Position numbers and translations under genes: made by a program. A DNA stretch of 63,945 nt, counting the filler, from Lama guanicoe (Eukaryota), in assembly GCA_013239625.1 (NCBI GenBank). It is 82 parts of 79 records of this genome, joined end to end, with 100 filler letters (N's around TTAATTAATTAA, not from the genome) between each part and the next. Parts side by side here need not be neighbours in the genome. Positions count along the whole stretch, not along the records: positions 63,893 to 63,945 come from MU055798.1; 81 more parts are not named here. One strand, 5' to 3'. The notes beneath the pieces are model-generated. The model was not told the origin of the DNA. It worked only from the letters and a program-made list of their open reading frames with translations, and made no database searches. Of the stretch, positions 63,893 through 63,945 are shown in pieces; within the stretch, counting starts at the first letter, position 1; every line of letters begins with the position of its first letter.

Positions 63893-63945
63893 CCTGTAAT
63901 CTATATTCTGTGTACTACATTCTATATTCTAAAATCTATATTCAG
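63893..63945 (+). repeat. Family A satellite fragment
   Basis: TTCTATA-type 7-mers. Confidence 0.85.

Overview
This is not a contiguous locus and not prokaryotic DNA. It is a string of about 80 short (mostly 0.3-1.7 kb) unplaced mammalian scaffolds, each joined by an artificial 100-bp linker (N44-TTAATTAATTAA-N44). A tRNA-Ala-derived SINE and the L1 3' ends suggest a camelid (alpaca, llama or camel; this is inference). Most of the content is satellite DNA: a TTCTATA-heptamer family, a 267-bp GC-rich family and two related ~247-bp families. The rest is L1, LTR, MIR/L2 and DNA-transposon relics, several duplicated segments and a few gene fragments: an ANKRD26-like exon, two NUT-family exons, an OR9G-like olfactory receptor pseudogene and CpG-rich promoter pieces. 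The strongest lead is a ~247-bp satellite that appears to form a three-monomer (~745 bp) higher-order repeat, with a perfect CENP-B box in one monomer type. That makes it a candidate centromeric satellite, and it aligns without gaps to a second, more homogeneous 248-bp family. I found no complete gene, CRISPR array or operon-like system.
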